Below, one piece after another: positions 46,643 through 57,217 of a stretch of DNA of 64,000 nucleotides. Source of the stretch: a bacterium (GTDB lineage: Bacteria > Bacteroidota > Ignavibacteria > Ignavibacteriales > Melioribacteraceae); the NCBI GenBank assembly GCA_043805435.1, contig JAZDHY010000092.1, positions 6,668-70,667 of the forward strand. The letters run 5' to 3'. The notes beneath the pieces were generated by a model. It saw only the letters and a program-made list of their open reading frames with translations. It was not told the origin of the DNA and searched no databases. The position numbers and the translations under genes were made by a program. Each line of letters opens with the position of its first letter. The stretch's first letter is position 1.

Positions 46643-47050
46643 TTATTTTGACTCTTTTTCTTCCGAAATAAATTTAATAAATGGTATAAATACCACAATT
46701 CCAATAATTGCACCCGAAAAATCCAATAACCAATCAATAAAATCGCAACTTCTACCGGGGATAAACGATTGCATAATTTCAGTTGCAGCACCATACACCG
46801 CAACAATTAATAATACAATAACAAATACTGCTTTAGAATAGTTTTTAAATCTTGTTTGAAAATGAACCGAAAATGCAAATAAAAATGTTAAAACAAAAAA
46901 CGCAAAAAAATGTTCAATTTTGTCGCTAATTGCAAAAACTTCAACAAATTTTACAGATGGTAAAGCTAAAAACCAAGTAAGAATAATAACATACACAATA
47001 AAAGGTAAATGTGCTAATAATAGACTATTTTTTTTTATTATTTTATACAA
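46643..47050 (-). CDS. VanZ-like membrane protein
   Basis: It has 4 TM segments plus 'DKIEHFFAF' and 'E..Q.FIPGR...F.D...D..G'. Confidence 0.7.
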   Translation of the reverse strand: MYKIIKKNSLLLAHLPFIVYVIILTWFLALPSVKFVEVFAISDKIEHFFAFFVLTFLFAFSVHFQTRFKNYSKAVFVIVLLIVAVYGAATEIMQSFIPGRSCDFIDWLLDFSGAIIGIVVFIPFIKFISEEKESK

Positions 47051-48602
47051 TTGAATCCCTTAAAAATTTGATAGAATTAGGTAAATTTTGTAAAATATCG
47101 CCCGCAGTTATGCCATATTCCGTTTTGGTATTTAACAATAAATCGGCAGATAAACTATGCAGATAAACTGCTGATATTAAACTTCTTTCAATATTCATCG
47201 ATTGAGCTATAAAACTTGCTACTACACCCGTTAAGACATCCCCTGTTCCAAACTTTGCCATTCCATTATTCCCTGTTGTATTAATAAATACTTCATCTTT
47301 GGGATTAAAAATAATAGTCGGCGAACCCTTTAAAACCAGATATGCTTTTGTATTTTTTACAAAGTTTCGTCCATATTTTAATATATCTAATTTAACTTCC
47401 TCTAAAGGTACATTAATTAGTGCAGCAAACTCTGCCAAATGCGGTGTAAATATTTTATTTATTAAATTAAATTTATTTAAGCCAATTTTTGAAATACAAA
47501 AAATAGCATCGGCATCAAAAACAATATTTTTTTTATTATATACAGTTAACAGTTTTTCAATTGCTTCAATAGTTTTTTCTTCTCTTCCAAGTCCACAGCC
47601 AATAGCAATAACGTCCGATTTATTAATAACATCACTAATCTTGTCGAGGGCATCAGAAGTAAAATAGCCCTCTCCGCTCTCGGAATAAGTAATTACAACC
47701 GATTCAAGTAACTTTTGAAAAACAAGCGGTTTAATACTTTCCGGAATTGCTAATGTTGTTGCTCCTGCACCTGTTATTAATGAGCTGTTGGCACATAAAT
47801 AAGCAGCACCCGGATATTTATCGGAACCGGCAATGACAAGAACTTTTCCGCCGGAATATTTATGAATAGTTTTACTTCTATAAGGTAATCCATCAACTGC
47901 ATCTTCGGGTTCAATTAAGTACTCTTTTGGAATATATTGTTCAAAATGTTTTTTATCTAATCCAATATCCCCTTTGATTATTTTACCTGCATATTGCGAA
48001 CCGCAGCCATAAAACAATCCCGCCTTTAATTCTGCCAAACATATTGTTAAATCCGAATTAAAAACAATTTCACCATAACCGGTATTAATGTTTAAGCCGG
48101 TTGGTATATCAATGGCAACCTTATATGAATCCAATTTATTTAAATATTCAACAATTGATTTTATCGGTTCAATCAATATTCCATTGGAACCGCTTCCTAA
48201 TATCGCATCAACTATAATTGAACACTTATTTAGAATATTCAAATCATTATGATTTTTATAGAATTTAATTTTTGCATTGTGATTTTTTAACGAAATGTTT
48301 TTAAGAATATTATAATTTAATAACGAATCACCCTTTAGATCATCTTCAGAGCTTATAACTAAAACATCTATACCAAAACCGTTAACAGCAAAATGTCTGG
48401 CAATTGCAAAACCGTCACCGCCGTTATTTCCTTTGCCGCATACAATTCCTATTGTATTTTCACAACCAAAATAATTATCGCAAATTATTCTATAACAATT
48501 TAGCGAAGCATTTTCCATTAAAATAGAACCCGGAAATCCGAGTTCATTTATAGCAATATTATCTGCTTCCCTAATCTGTTGATTATTATAAAGAGGTATC
48601 AT
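47043..48602 (-). CDS. nnr: Bifunctional NAD(P)H-hydrate epimerase/dehydratase
   Basis: The YjeF_N motif is 'CGKGNNGGDG'. The C-terminal carbohydrate-kinase domain shows 'GPGLG'-like 'GCGLGRE' and 'GTGDVLTG'. Confidence 0.9.
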   Translation of the reverse strand: MIPLYNNQQIREADNIAINELGFPGSILMENASLNCYRIICDNYFGCENTIGIVCGKGNNGGDGFAIARHFAVNGFGIDVLVISSEDDLKGDSLLNYNILKNISLKNHNAKIKFYKNHNDLNILNKCSIIVDAILGSGSNGILIEPIKSIVEYLNKLDSYKVAIDIPTGLNINTGYGEIVFNSDLTICLAELKAGLFYGCGSQYAGKIIKGDIGLDKKHFEQYIPKEYLIEPEDAVDGLPYRSKTIHKYSGGKVLVIAGSDKYPGAAYLCANSSLITGAGATTLAIPESIKPLVFQKLLESVVITYSESGEGYFTSDALDKISDVINKSDVIAIGCGLGREEKTIEAIEKLLTVYNKKNIVFDADAIFCISKIGLNKFNLINKIFTPHLAEFAALINVPLEEVKLDILKYGRNFVKNTKAYLVLKGSPTIIFNPKDEVFINTTGNNGMAKFGTGDVLTGVVASFIAQSMNIERSLISAVYLHSLSADLLLNTKTEYGITAGDILQNLPNSIKFLRDSIV

Positions 48603-48607
48603 TTAAT

Positions 48608-50041
48608 TTAAAATTTTAAAGAATAATAAATAAATGTCAATAAACTTTGAGGCAAAAGCCCATAAAATAAAATAATAACTGCTGAAATTACCACAGCAGC
48701 AATTTCAGGAAAATTATATTTAATTTTTAAATCAGTAACTGATTCCTTAAAATACATATAAACAACAATTCGTAAATAAAAATATACACTAATAACGCTT
48801 GCAAGAATACCAACCAAAGCTAACCATATTAAATCTGCTTTAACCGCACTTATAAACACGTAATATTTTCCAAAAAATCCTGCTAACGGAGGTAAACCTG
48901 CTAAAGCAAACATAAAAACCGATAATAATCCGGCCAACATTGGAGATTTATTCCCAAGACCCATATAGGAACTTAACTCCAAATCATTTTCATTTTCCGA
49001 TTCAATTATTGAAATAATGCCAAACGCACCTAAATTCATAAAAGTGTAAGCAAACAAATAAAATATCATACCTGCTAAGGCTTCACTATTTCCAGCAGCC
49101 AAACCAATTGAAATATAACCTGCATGCGAAATTGATGAATAGGCAAGCATTCGTTTAATATTTTTTTGAGAAATAGCAACAATACTACCAAATAACATTG
49201 AAAAAGCAGCAATTGCAGAAAAATACGGCCGCAAAATATTAGGTAACGACCCTGCAAAAATTGCATATAATATAATTATTAAAACGCTAAATGCCGCCGT
49301 TTTACCGGTAGTTGACATTAATCCCGTAATTGTGGTAGAGGATCCCTGATAAACATCGGGCACCCAAGAATGAAACGGAAACGCTGCTATTTTAAAGCTA
49401 AAACCTATTATAAATAAAACCAAGCCCACTACAAATAACACATTAGTCGATAAAATAGAAAAATTAACAGTAATAAAATCAATACTTGTTGTTTGAGCAG
49501 CACCATAAATTAAAGCAATGCCATATACTATAAATCCGGTTGCAAAAGCCCCAAGTAAAAAATACTTCATTGCAGCTTCATTTGCCCCAATTCGCTTTCT
49601 ATTTATTCCAACTAATACATAAAACGAGATAGACATTAATTCCAATCCCATAAAAACCATAAAAAGGTCTTTGGAACCGGCCATTATCATCATTCCCAAA
49701 ACAGCCAGTTGAATCAAAATATAATACTCGCCATAAAACGAGCCGTATTTTTTAATATAGTTAATTGAGGATAATGTAACAACAAACGCACCCAGTCCGA
49801 ATATTATATTAAAAACGGCAGTTTTACCGCCAAGTTCCAACATTCCGCCAAAAATAATAGCATGATTTTGTACATTAAAAATGGAATAAATTGCAACAGA
49901 AATAAATATTAAAGCTGTAATATATGGTAAAATTACTTTACTTTTAGAAAAAAACATTTCTAAAATTAGTGAAAATATAATCCCAAATCCAACTATATAA
50001 AATGGGAATAATTGCAATAATTCCGTGTTACTTAAGGGCAT
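48608..50041 (-). CDS. nuoN: NADH-quinone oxidoreductase subunit N
   Basis: 477 aa with 14 TM segments. It shows the antiporter-like subunit pattern ('FHSWVPDVYQG', 'KRMLAYSSISHAG') and is last in the J-K-L-M-N order. Confidence 0.9.
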   Translation of the reverse strand: MPLSNTELLQLFPFYIVGFGIIFSLILEMFFSKSKVILPYITALIFISVAIYSIFNVQNHAIIFGGMLELGGKTAVFNIIFGLGAFVVTLSSINYIKKYGSFYGEYYILIQLAVLGMMIMAGSKDLFMVFMGLELMSISFYVLVGINRKRIGANEAAMKYFLLGAFATGFIVYGIALIYGAAQTTSIDFITVNFSILSTNVLFVVGLVLFIIGFSFKIAAFPFHSWVPDVYQGSSTTITGLMSTTGKTAAFSVLIIILYAIFAGSLPNILRPYFSAIAAFSMLFGSIVAISQKNIKRMLAYSSISHAGYISIGLAAGNSEALAGMIFYLFAYTFMNLGAFGIISIIESENENDLELSSYMGLGNKSPMLAGLLSVFMFALAGLPPLAGFFGKYYVFISAVKADLIWLALVGILASVISVYFYLRIVVYMYFKESVTDLKIKYNFPEIAAVVISAVIILFYGLLPQSLLTFIYYSLKF

Positions 50042-50060
50042 AATTACTCATCAAATTTAT

Positions 50061-51473
50061 TTAACCTTTTCCGTAAAAAAATATAAAATATATAATTGTA
50101 AATATTGGCAATAATACCGGTATAGAATACTTAAACATATACTCAAAAAATGATGGCATTTTTATTCCTGCGCTTTCACTTATGGATTTAACCATAAAGT
50201 TTGGCCCGTTACCAATATAAGTCATTGCACCAAAAAAAACTGCTGCTATTGAAATTGCCTGCAAATATATTGGATAACTAATAGAATATAAATTTACATC
50301 ACTCTTACTACCAATATCGTAACCATATTTAGCTAATTGAGCAGCTAAAAAATTTAAAAAAGTTGGAGCATTATCTAAAAATCCGGATAATCCGCCTGTT
50401 GCCCAATAAAATACTCCGGCATTTAGGCTGTCTCCTAAAACTTTTGATTCGTATGCAATTAACTGCAAAGCAGGAATCATAGTAGCAAAAATTCCAATAA
50501 ATAGATATGCCACTTCCTTGATTGGTTCATACTTAAATTCATTTGCTTCTAAAATTTGTTTATCAGCAGTAGTAATAGCTAAAAATACAACAAAAAACAT
50601 AATTGTTTCGCGTAAACCAAAAGGTAAAGGATAAAGACTAGGAACCCAAGAAATAATATTTGGGTCAATAAACACAGATAAAATTATTATAAAAAGATAT
50701 AATATATTTTTAAGTCCTTTAATTTCAATTTTTCCTTTTAATATTAAAGTGCTATTATTTATTTTATTATTTCTAGAATCTACAATATAAAAAATGGTTA
50801 AAATTAGGCCTAACGCCAAAATCCACATAACCCATAAGTTTTTAATAAACCAAAAAAAATCAACACCTCTTAAAAATCCTAAAAACAAAGGAGGATCACC
50901 AATTGGAGTTAAGGCTCCTCCTATATTACTTACAACAAAGATAAAAAATATAATATGGTAAGTTTTAATTCTATTTTTATTAATCCTAATAAAAGGACGA
51001 ATTAAAAGTACTGAGGCTCCGGTAGTGCCAATAATGTTAGCAATTATTGCACCAAACAGCAACAGTCCAACATTATATTTAGGAGTAAACTGTCTATTAA
51101 TATTTATTAAAATACCGGCCGATGCAAAATATAAAGAGGATAATAACGCAATAAATGATATATATTCAGCAAGGGTATGTGAAAGACTATAATAATCGTT
51201 AAGTATAAAAGTATAATAAAATACAGTAATAGCACCTAAGATAATAGATATTTTGGGATAATGTTGTTCCCAAAAATGATGATAAAATATTGGACCTGTG
51301 GCAATCATTAACAGTAGTATAATAAACGGAAGAACAATAAAATAAGGCGGTAGTATAACGTTAGCTTCAGTTATATCTTTTATTGCTTGTTCCATATTAT
51401 TTTCATTTGCAAAAATTTGTGCTGCAAAAATAAAAATAAAAAATATTATATTTTTTGTTAGTTTTATCATCAA
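50061..51473 (-). CDS. NhaD/ArsB-superfamily ion transporter-like protein, paralog 1 (inside the nuo operon)
   Basis: 470 aa and polytopic, with 'GTTGAS.LLIRPFIR.NK' and 'GGALTPIGDPPLFLGFL'. It is about 65% identical by eye to the adjacent paralog. Confidence 0.7.
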   Translation of the reverse strand: MMIKLTKNIIFFIFIFAAQIFANENNMEQAIKDITEANVILPPYFIVLPFIILLLMIATGPIFYHHFWEQHYPKISIILGAITVFYYTFILNDYYSLSHTLAEYISFIALLSSLYFASAGILININRQFTPKYNVGLLLFGAIIANIIGTTGASVLLIRPFIRINKNRIKTYHIIFFIFVVSNIGGALTPIGDPPLFLGFLRGVDFFWFIKNLWVMWILALGLILTIFYIVDSRNNKINNSTLILKGKIEIKGLKNILYLFIIILSVFIDPNIISWVPSLYPLPFGLRETIMFFVVFLAITTADKQILEANEFKYEPIKEVAYLFIGIFATMIPALQLIAYESKVLGDSLNAGVFYWATGGLSGFLDNAPTFLNFLAAQLAKYGYDIGSKSDVNLYSISYPIYLQAISIAAVFFGAMTYIGNGPNFMVKSISESAGIKMPSFFEYMFKYSIPVLLPIFTIIYFIFFYGKG

Positions 51474-51484
51474 TAAAATTTAAT

Positions 51485-52906
51485 TTAACCTTTTCCGTAA
51501 TAAAATATAAAATAAATAATTGTAAATATTGGTAATAATACCGGTATAGAATACTTAAACATATATTCAAAAAATGATGGCATTTTTATTCCTGCACTTT
51601 CACTTATAGATTTAACCATAAAGTTTGGTCCGTTACCAATATAGGTCATTGCACCAAAAAATACTGCAGAAATTGAAATTGCCTGCAAATATAATACTTG
51701 GGTATTAGAAAACAAATGTACATCAGCTTTATCATTTACATTCATACCAAATTTTCCAAGTTCGGCACTTAAAAAGTTAAGATATGTAGGTGCATTATCT
51801 AAAAACGCAGATAAACCTCCTGCTCCCCAATAAAAAACGCCGGCATCTAAGTCTTTGCTTAACACTTGAGCTTCATGAGCAATAAGCTGTAAAGCTGGAA
51901 TCATTGTGGCAAAAATACCAACAAATAAGAAAGCTACTTCAAGAATTGGCCCAAAAGTAAACCCGTTTTCGTGAAGTATTTTTTTATCAGCAGTTTTATG
52001 TGCCAAATATACAACCGCAAACATTATAATTTCTCGTAAACCTAATGGAAATGGAGCTAAACTTGGCACCCAGCTCATTACACCCGGATCAATAAATACA
52101 GATAATAAAATCACACCAAGGTAACCCAAATTTTTCAGTCCTTTGAATTGAATTTTTCCGGAATATCTCAAATGATCGCTTTCTTCAAGTACATTCTTAG
52201 AATCGATAACATAAAATACTGCTATTATCATCAAAATTGTTGGCAGCCAAATATACCACGAGTGCTCAATAAACCAAAAGAAATTTATTCCTCTTAAAAA
52301 ACCTAAAAACAACGGCGGGTCACCAATAGGTGTTAAAGCACCACCAACATTGCTAACAATAAAAATAAAAAATATAATATGATAGGGTTTAATTCTTCCT
52401 TTATTAATTCGAATAAAAGGACGAATTAGCAGCATAGAAGCACCTGTTGTACCAACAATATTGGCAATAGCAGCTCCAAATAATAATACCATCACATTTA
52501 ATAACGGCGTTGATCTACGATCAACATGAATTAAAATTCCGCCCGAAGCTACAAATAAGGATGCTAATAAAGCAATAAACGATAAGTACTCGGAAAGTGT
52601 GTGTAATAAACTTAACGAGTCATTTAAAACAAAATAATAATAACCAACTGTTACTAAACCTAAAAGCATTGATACTTTTGGATAATGTTTTTCCCAAAAG
52701 TGAGGGTAAAATAATGGCCCGGTGGCAATCATAGCCAACAAAATAATAAAAGGAAGAACCATAAAAGTAGAAGGTAAAACATGAACTGAAGCATGTTCGG
52801 TAACACTTTTTACAGTATCAATAGAAGTCTGTTCAAAACCTAATACATTAATCCCTGATAGCAAAAACATAAACGCAAAAAAAACTGTAAATGATAATTT
52901 TTTCAT
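51485..52906 (-). CDS. NhaD/ArsB-superfamily ion transporter-like protein, paralog 2 (inside the nuo operon)
   Basis: It has the same motifs as paralog 1. The last about 60 aa are nearly identical to those of paralog 1. Confidence 0.7.
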   Translation of the reverse strand: MKKLSFTVFFAFMFLLSGINVLGFEQTSIDTVKSVTEHASVHVLPSTFMVLPFIILLAMIATGPLFYPHFWEKHYPKVSMLLGLVTVGYYYFVLNDSLSLLHTLSEYLSFIALLASLFVASGGILIHVDRRSTPLLNVMVLLFGAAIANIVGTTGASMLLIRPFIRINKGRIKPYHIIFFIFIVSNVGGALTPIGDPPLFLGFLRGINFFWFIEHSWYIWLPTILMIIAVFYVIDSKNVLEESDHLRYSGKIQFKGLKNLGYLGVILLSVFIDPGVMSWVPSLAPFPLGLREIIMFAVVYLAHKTADKKILHENGFTFGPILEVAFLFVGIFATMIPALQLIAHEAQVLSKDLDAGVFYWGAGGLSAFLDNAPTYLNFLSAELGKFGMNVNDKADVHLFSNTQVLYLQAISISAVFFGAMTYIGNGPNFMVKSISESAGIKMPSFFEYMFKYSIPVLLPIFTIIYFIFYYGKG

Positions 52907-52916
52907 ACTACTCTCA

Positions 52917-54440
52917 TTAAAATAATTTAATTGTAAAGTTGCTTACATTATTTAAAATTGTTTCAGTTGTGACTGAAGTCAAATTTAAAAATGTACTTGG
53001 ATATATTCCTAACCAAACGATAAATATAAATATTGGAGACAATATAAATATTTCCCTGCCTGTTAAGTCTTTTAAGTCATTTAAATCATTATTTGTAACT
53101 TCACCAAAAACTACTCTTTGATACATCCATAATAAATATACTGCCGCAAATATAACACCCGTTGCACTAAAAATTGTAAACCACCAAGAATTTAACACCA
53201 AAGATTTAAAAGAACCTGTAAGTATTAAAAATTCACCAATAAACCCGTTTAACCCGGGCAAACCCATTGAAGATAAAGAGGTAAACAATAACGCAGCAGA
53301 ATACAACGGTACTAATTTAGCAATTCCTCCGTAATACGATATTTCTCTATGATGAGTACGATCGTAAATCATACCAACAAGCAAAAACAATGCGCCTGTT
53401 GATAACCCATGATTAACCATTTGAATAATGGCACCCTGAAGTGATTCAATGTTCATTGCAAAAATACCAAGCACAACAAAACCCAAATGCGAAACAGATG
53501 AATAAGCTACAAGCTTTTTCATATCTGTTTGTACCATGGCAACCAACGCACCATAAATAATTCCTATTACAGCCAAAACAGAAATAAACCCCGCAAAACT
53601 AACTGCTGATTGCGGAAACAATGGTAAATTAAATCTAAGCAGCCCATAAGTACCCATTTTAAGTAAAACACCCGCCAATATAACAGAACCTGCCGTAGGA
53701 GCCTGCACGTGGGCATCAGGCAGCCATGTATGGAAAGGAAACAATGGTACTTTAATTGCAAAACTAATAAAAAATGCAAAAAACATATATTTTTGAATAT
53801 CAAAAGGTATCATAGGTGCAATTTTATACAACTCGATTAAGTTTGAAGTAAAACCTTTTGCACTAAGATTTCCGGCATACAAACCAAGCCAAATAATAGC
53901 TACAAGCATAATTAAACTTCCGGCCATGGTATATATAAAAAACTTAACTGAGGCATATATTCTTTCTTTCCCGCCCCAAATTCCAATAATAAAATACATT
54001 GGAATTAACATTACTTCCCAGAAGATATAAAACAAAAACAAATCTAAAGAAAGGAAAACACCTAACATTCCAACTTCAAGAAACAGCATAAAAAAAGTGA
54101 ATTGTTTAACTTTTTCTTTAATACTATTCCAACTTGAAAAAAGCGTAATTGGAGTTAAAAAAGTTGTCAATAAGATAAGCAGCAGTGATAAGCCGTCTAT
54201 CCCTACTAAATAGCTGATATTTAAACTTTTTACCCAAATAACTTGATGAAGCATTTGGAAACCCGATTTGGAAGAATCAAAATTAAAATATACTATCAAG
54301 GAAACAATAAATGCAATTAGGGATACTGCCAAACCGAACCATTTAATCAGCTTTTCTTGCGCTTTGTTTAAGAATAGAATTATTATACTTCCAAAAATTG
54401 GAACTAATAGTAGAGATGTTAATAAAAAGTTGTTTTCCAT
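52917..54440 (-). CDS. nuoM: NADH-quinone oxidoreductase subunit M
   Basis: 507 aa with 'FPFHTWLPDAHV.APTAGSV.LAG' and 'KKLVAYSSVSHLG'. Confidence 0.92.
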   Translation of the reverse strand: MENNFLLTSLLLVPIFGSIIILFLNKAQEKLIKWFGLAVSLIAFIVSLIVYFNFDSSKSGFQMLHQVIWVKSLNISYLVGIDGLSLLLILLTTFLTPITLFSSWNSIKEKVKQFTFFMLFLEVGMLGVFLSLDLFLFYIFWEVMLIPMYFIIGIWGGKERIYASVKFFIYTMAGSLIMLVAIIWLGLYAGNLSAKGFTSNLIELYKIAPMIPFDIQKYMFFAFFISFAIKVPLFPFHTWLPDAHVQAPTAGSVILAGVLLKMGTYGLLRFNLPLFPQSAVSFAGFISVLAVIGIIYGALVAMVQTDMKKLVAYSSVSHLGFVVLGIFAMNIESLQGAIIQMVNHGLSTGALFLLVGMIYDRTHHREISYYGGIAKLVPLYSAALLFTSLSSMGLPGLNGFIGEFLILTGSFKSLVLNSWWFTIFSATGVIFAAVYLLWMYQRVVFGEVTNNDLNDLKDLTGREIFILSPIFIFIVWLGIYPSTFLNLTSVTTETILNNVSNFTIKLF

Positions 54441-54444
54441 ATAT

Positions 54445-56385
54445 TTATAGGCTTATTATTATCCAAAATAATATTGCGGCAATTCCGGCTATCATTAAAA
54501 CCGCATAAAATTGAGTTAAACCGGTTTGAAGCTTTTTAGCAACTCCGGAAGTAGATTCAACTAATGACGCTGCACCATTTACTACACCATCAATAAGTTT
54601 ATTATCTGTTATTTTCCATAAAAAGTTTTCAGAAATCATTTGAATTGGTGAAACTATCATAAATTCATAAAATTCATCAACCTTATATTTATTTAACAAT
54701 AAATTGTAAATAGGCTTAAACTTTTCCGAAATATTTTTGGCTATCTGATTTTTCTTAGTGTACATAAAATAAGCAAGATAAATCCCGCCAAGTGCCAAAA
54801 CAACAGAAATAACCATCAATAAAATTTCTTCTAGATGAGTGTGCGATCCATACATTTGCAACTTTATTCCGGCAGGAGCAAAAATCGGCTTTAGCCATTC
54901 TTCAAAATAATTACCACCTTCCCCCGAAAATAACACAGGAATACCAACATATCCGCCAACTACGGCAAAAAATGCAAGGATTATTAATGGTATTGTCATT
55001 ACCGATGGTGATTCGTGTGGGTGAACATTATTTTTATCAAAACGTTCTTTACCGTAAAAAGTTAAAAATACCAACCTGAACATATAAAAAGCTGTCATCA
55101 TTGCAGTTATAACACCAACAATCCACAAAGTGAGGTTACCTTTACTATATGCATTCCATAAAATTTCATCTTTGCTGAAAAATCCTGAAAGACCCGGAAA
55201 TCCAGAAATAGCAAAAGCAGCAATTAAAAAGGTTATAAAAGTTTTAGGCATATATTTTTTTAAGCCGCCATAATGTCTAATATCTTGAGCATCATGCATT
55301 GAATGAATAATAGAACCTGCTCCTAAAAATAAAAGAGCCTTAAAAAATGCATGTGTCATAACATGAAAAATACCGGCTGAAAATGCACCTACACCACAAG
55401 CCAAAAACATATATCCCAGCTGGCTTACTGTACTATATGCCAACACTTTTTTAATATCATTTTGCACAAGCCCAACAGTTGCGGCAAAAAATGCAGTTAA
55501 AAGGCCTATTACTGCAATAACTGTTAAAATTACTGGAGCAGAAGCAAAAATTATTGAACTACGTGCAACCATATAAACACCGGCCGTTACCATAGTTGCC
55601 GCATGTATTAATGCAGAAACCGGAGTTGGACCCGCCATTGCATCAGGCAGCCAAACAAACAACGGAATTTGGGCCGATTTTCCGGCTGCACCAATAAATA
55701 AAAATAAAGCTATAAAACTAAATGTAGTTTCATTTATAGGAAATGAGGCTGCTTTTGTAAAAACATCATTAAAATTTAATGAATCGAAAGTTTGGAATAT
55801 TAAAAACATTCCAAGCAAAAACCCAAAATCGCCTATTCTATTAACAATAAAGGCTTTTTTTGCGGCTTGCGAAACTGTTCCTTTTTCAAATTTTCTATTA
55901 TACCAAAAACCAATTAATAAATATGAACATAAACCAACACCTTCCCATCCCAAAAATAAAACTAAAAAGTTATCACCAAGTACAAGATTCATCATGGCAA
56001 AAATAAAAAGATTCATGTAGGAAAAAAATCTCCAAAATCCTTTATCGCCATGCATATAACCAATTGAATAAACATGTATTAAAAAACCTACACCGGTAAC
56101 AATTAAAGCCATTACTAATGAAAGCTGATCAACAAGGTAAGAAAACTTAATGTTTAGTCCGCCAACATCAATCCATGTAAATAAAGTTACTATATTTGCT
56201 CTGCTTTCAACCGGTAAATTTATTGTTTGAATAAATGCATCTACAGAAATTAAAAATGCAAGTCCTACGGTGGAACTGCCAATAATACCAATAATTTTTT
56301 CATTTTTAATTTTGGCACCAAAAACACCATTAATTAAAAACCCAATTAACGGCAGCAATACAGTTAAGTATATTAAATTAATCAT
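54445..56385 (-). CDS. nuoL: NADH-quinone oxidoreductase subunit L
   Basis: 646 aa with 'GWEGVGLCSYLLIGFW', 'LPDAMAGPTPVSALIHAATMVTAG' and a C-terminal lateral-helix region. Confidence 0.92.
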   Translation of the reverse strand: MINLIYLTVLLPLIGFLINGVFGAKIKNEKIIGIIGSSTVGLAFLISVDAFIQTINLPVESRANIVTLFTWIDVGGLNIKFSYLVDQLSLVMALIVTGVGFLIHVYSIGYMHGDKGFWRFFSYMNLFIFAMMNLVLGDNFLVLFLGWEGVGLCSYLLIGFWYNRKFEKGTVSQAAKKAFIVNRIGDFGFLLGMFLIFQTFDSLNFNDVFTKAASFPINETTFSFIALFLFIGAAGKSAQIPLFVWLPDAMAGPTPVSALIHAATMVTAGVYMVARSSIIFASAPVILTVIAVIGLLTAFFAATVGLVQNDIKKVLAYSTVSQLGYMFLACGVGAFSAGIFHVMTHAFFKALLFLGAGSIIHSMHDAQDIRHYGGLKKYMPKTFITFLIAAFAISGFPGLSGFFSKDEILWNAYSKGNLTLWIVGVITAMMTAFYMFRLVFLTFYGKERFDKNNVHPHESPSVMTIPLIILAFFAVVGGYVGIPVLFSGEGGNYFEEWLKPIFAPAGIKLQMYGSHTHLEEILLMVISVVLALGGIYLAYFMYTKKNQIAKNISEKFKPIYNLLLNKYKVDEFYEFMIVSPIQMISENFLWKITDNKLIDGVVNGAASLVESTSGVAKKLQTGLTQFYAVLMIAGIAAILFWIIISL

Positions 56386-56391
56386 TAATTG

Positions 56392-56697
56392 TTACCATTT
56401 AAATAAATTGATTTCATCTATATTTAAAGTTAATTTATTTCTAAAAACCATTATTATAATTGCCAACCCTACGGCGGCTTCGGCGGCTGCAACTGTCATA
56501 ACAAAAAAAACAAATATCTGTCCAATTGCATTACCAAGATAAGACGAATAAGCCACTAATGTTAAATTTGCGGAATTCAGCATAAGTTCAATACACATAA
56601 AAACAACTATTGCATTGCGCCTAATTATTACACCTACTATTCCAACAACAAACATAAATGCACTTAAAATTAAATAATATTCAATCGGTATATTCAT
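56392..56697 (-). CDS. nuoK: NADH-quinone oxidoreductase subunit K
   Basis: 101 aa with 3 TM segments and 'ELMLN..NL......AAAEAA.GLAI'. Confidence 0.9.
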   Translation of the reverse strand: MNIPIEYYLILSAFMFVVGIVGVIIRRNAIVVFMCIELMLNSANLTLVAYSSYLGNAIGQIFVFFVMTVAAAEAAVGLAIIIMVFRNKLTLNIDEINLFKW

Positions 56698-56699
56698 AT

Positions 56700-57215
56700 T
56701 TACTCAAATTTCTTTTTTGCTAAAACTATTGCCCCTATTGTAGCGGCAAGCAATAAAAAGCCGGCAACTTCAAAAGGAAGAACATAATCAGTATATAATT
56801 TTGTTCCTATTGTACTTATTTTACCAATCTCAATACTTTTTGCAGCTATTGGCTGTAAACTTTGTGATGGATTTTCGTACATTATTAAATAGGCTAATTG
56901 TACAAATATTAATGCGGCAATAATACTTCCAAAAACTTTTAACTTTCTCTTATTTTTAGGAGTATTTATTTCATCATGCTGGTTTAAAAGCATCAAAACA
57001 AATAAAAACAGAATCATTATTGCGCCGGCATAAACTATTATCTGAACTACAGCTAAAAACTGCGCATTTAATAATAAGTATAACCCTGCAAGAGCAAAAA
57101 AGTTCAAAATTAAAAATACTGCACTTATAATAGCATTTTTTCGGGTAATTACCATTATTGAAGAAATTACAGCAACAAGTGCAAAAACACTAAATACAAT
57201 TAGTTCAACATTCAT
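56700..57215 (-). CDS. nuoJ: NADH-quinone oxidoreductase subunit J
   Basis: 171 aa with the NuoJ-like TM pattern ('[15 protein letters not shown]'). It sits immediately upstream of nuoK. Confidence 0.85.
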   Translation of the reverse strand: MNVELIVFSVFALVAVISSIMVITRKNAIISAVFLILNFFALAGLYLLLNAQFLAVVQIIVYAGAIMILFLFVLMLLNQHDEINTPKNKRKLKVFGSIIAALIFVQLAYLIMYENPSQSLQPIAAKSIEIGKISTIGTKLYTDYVLPFEVAGFLLLAATIGAIVLAKKKFE

Positions 57216-57217
57216 TT

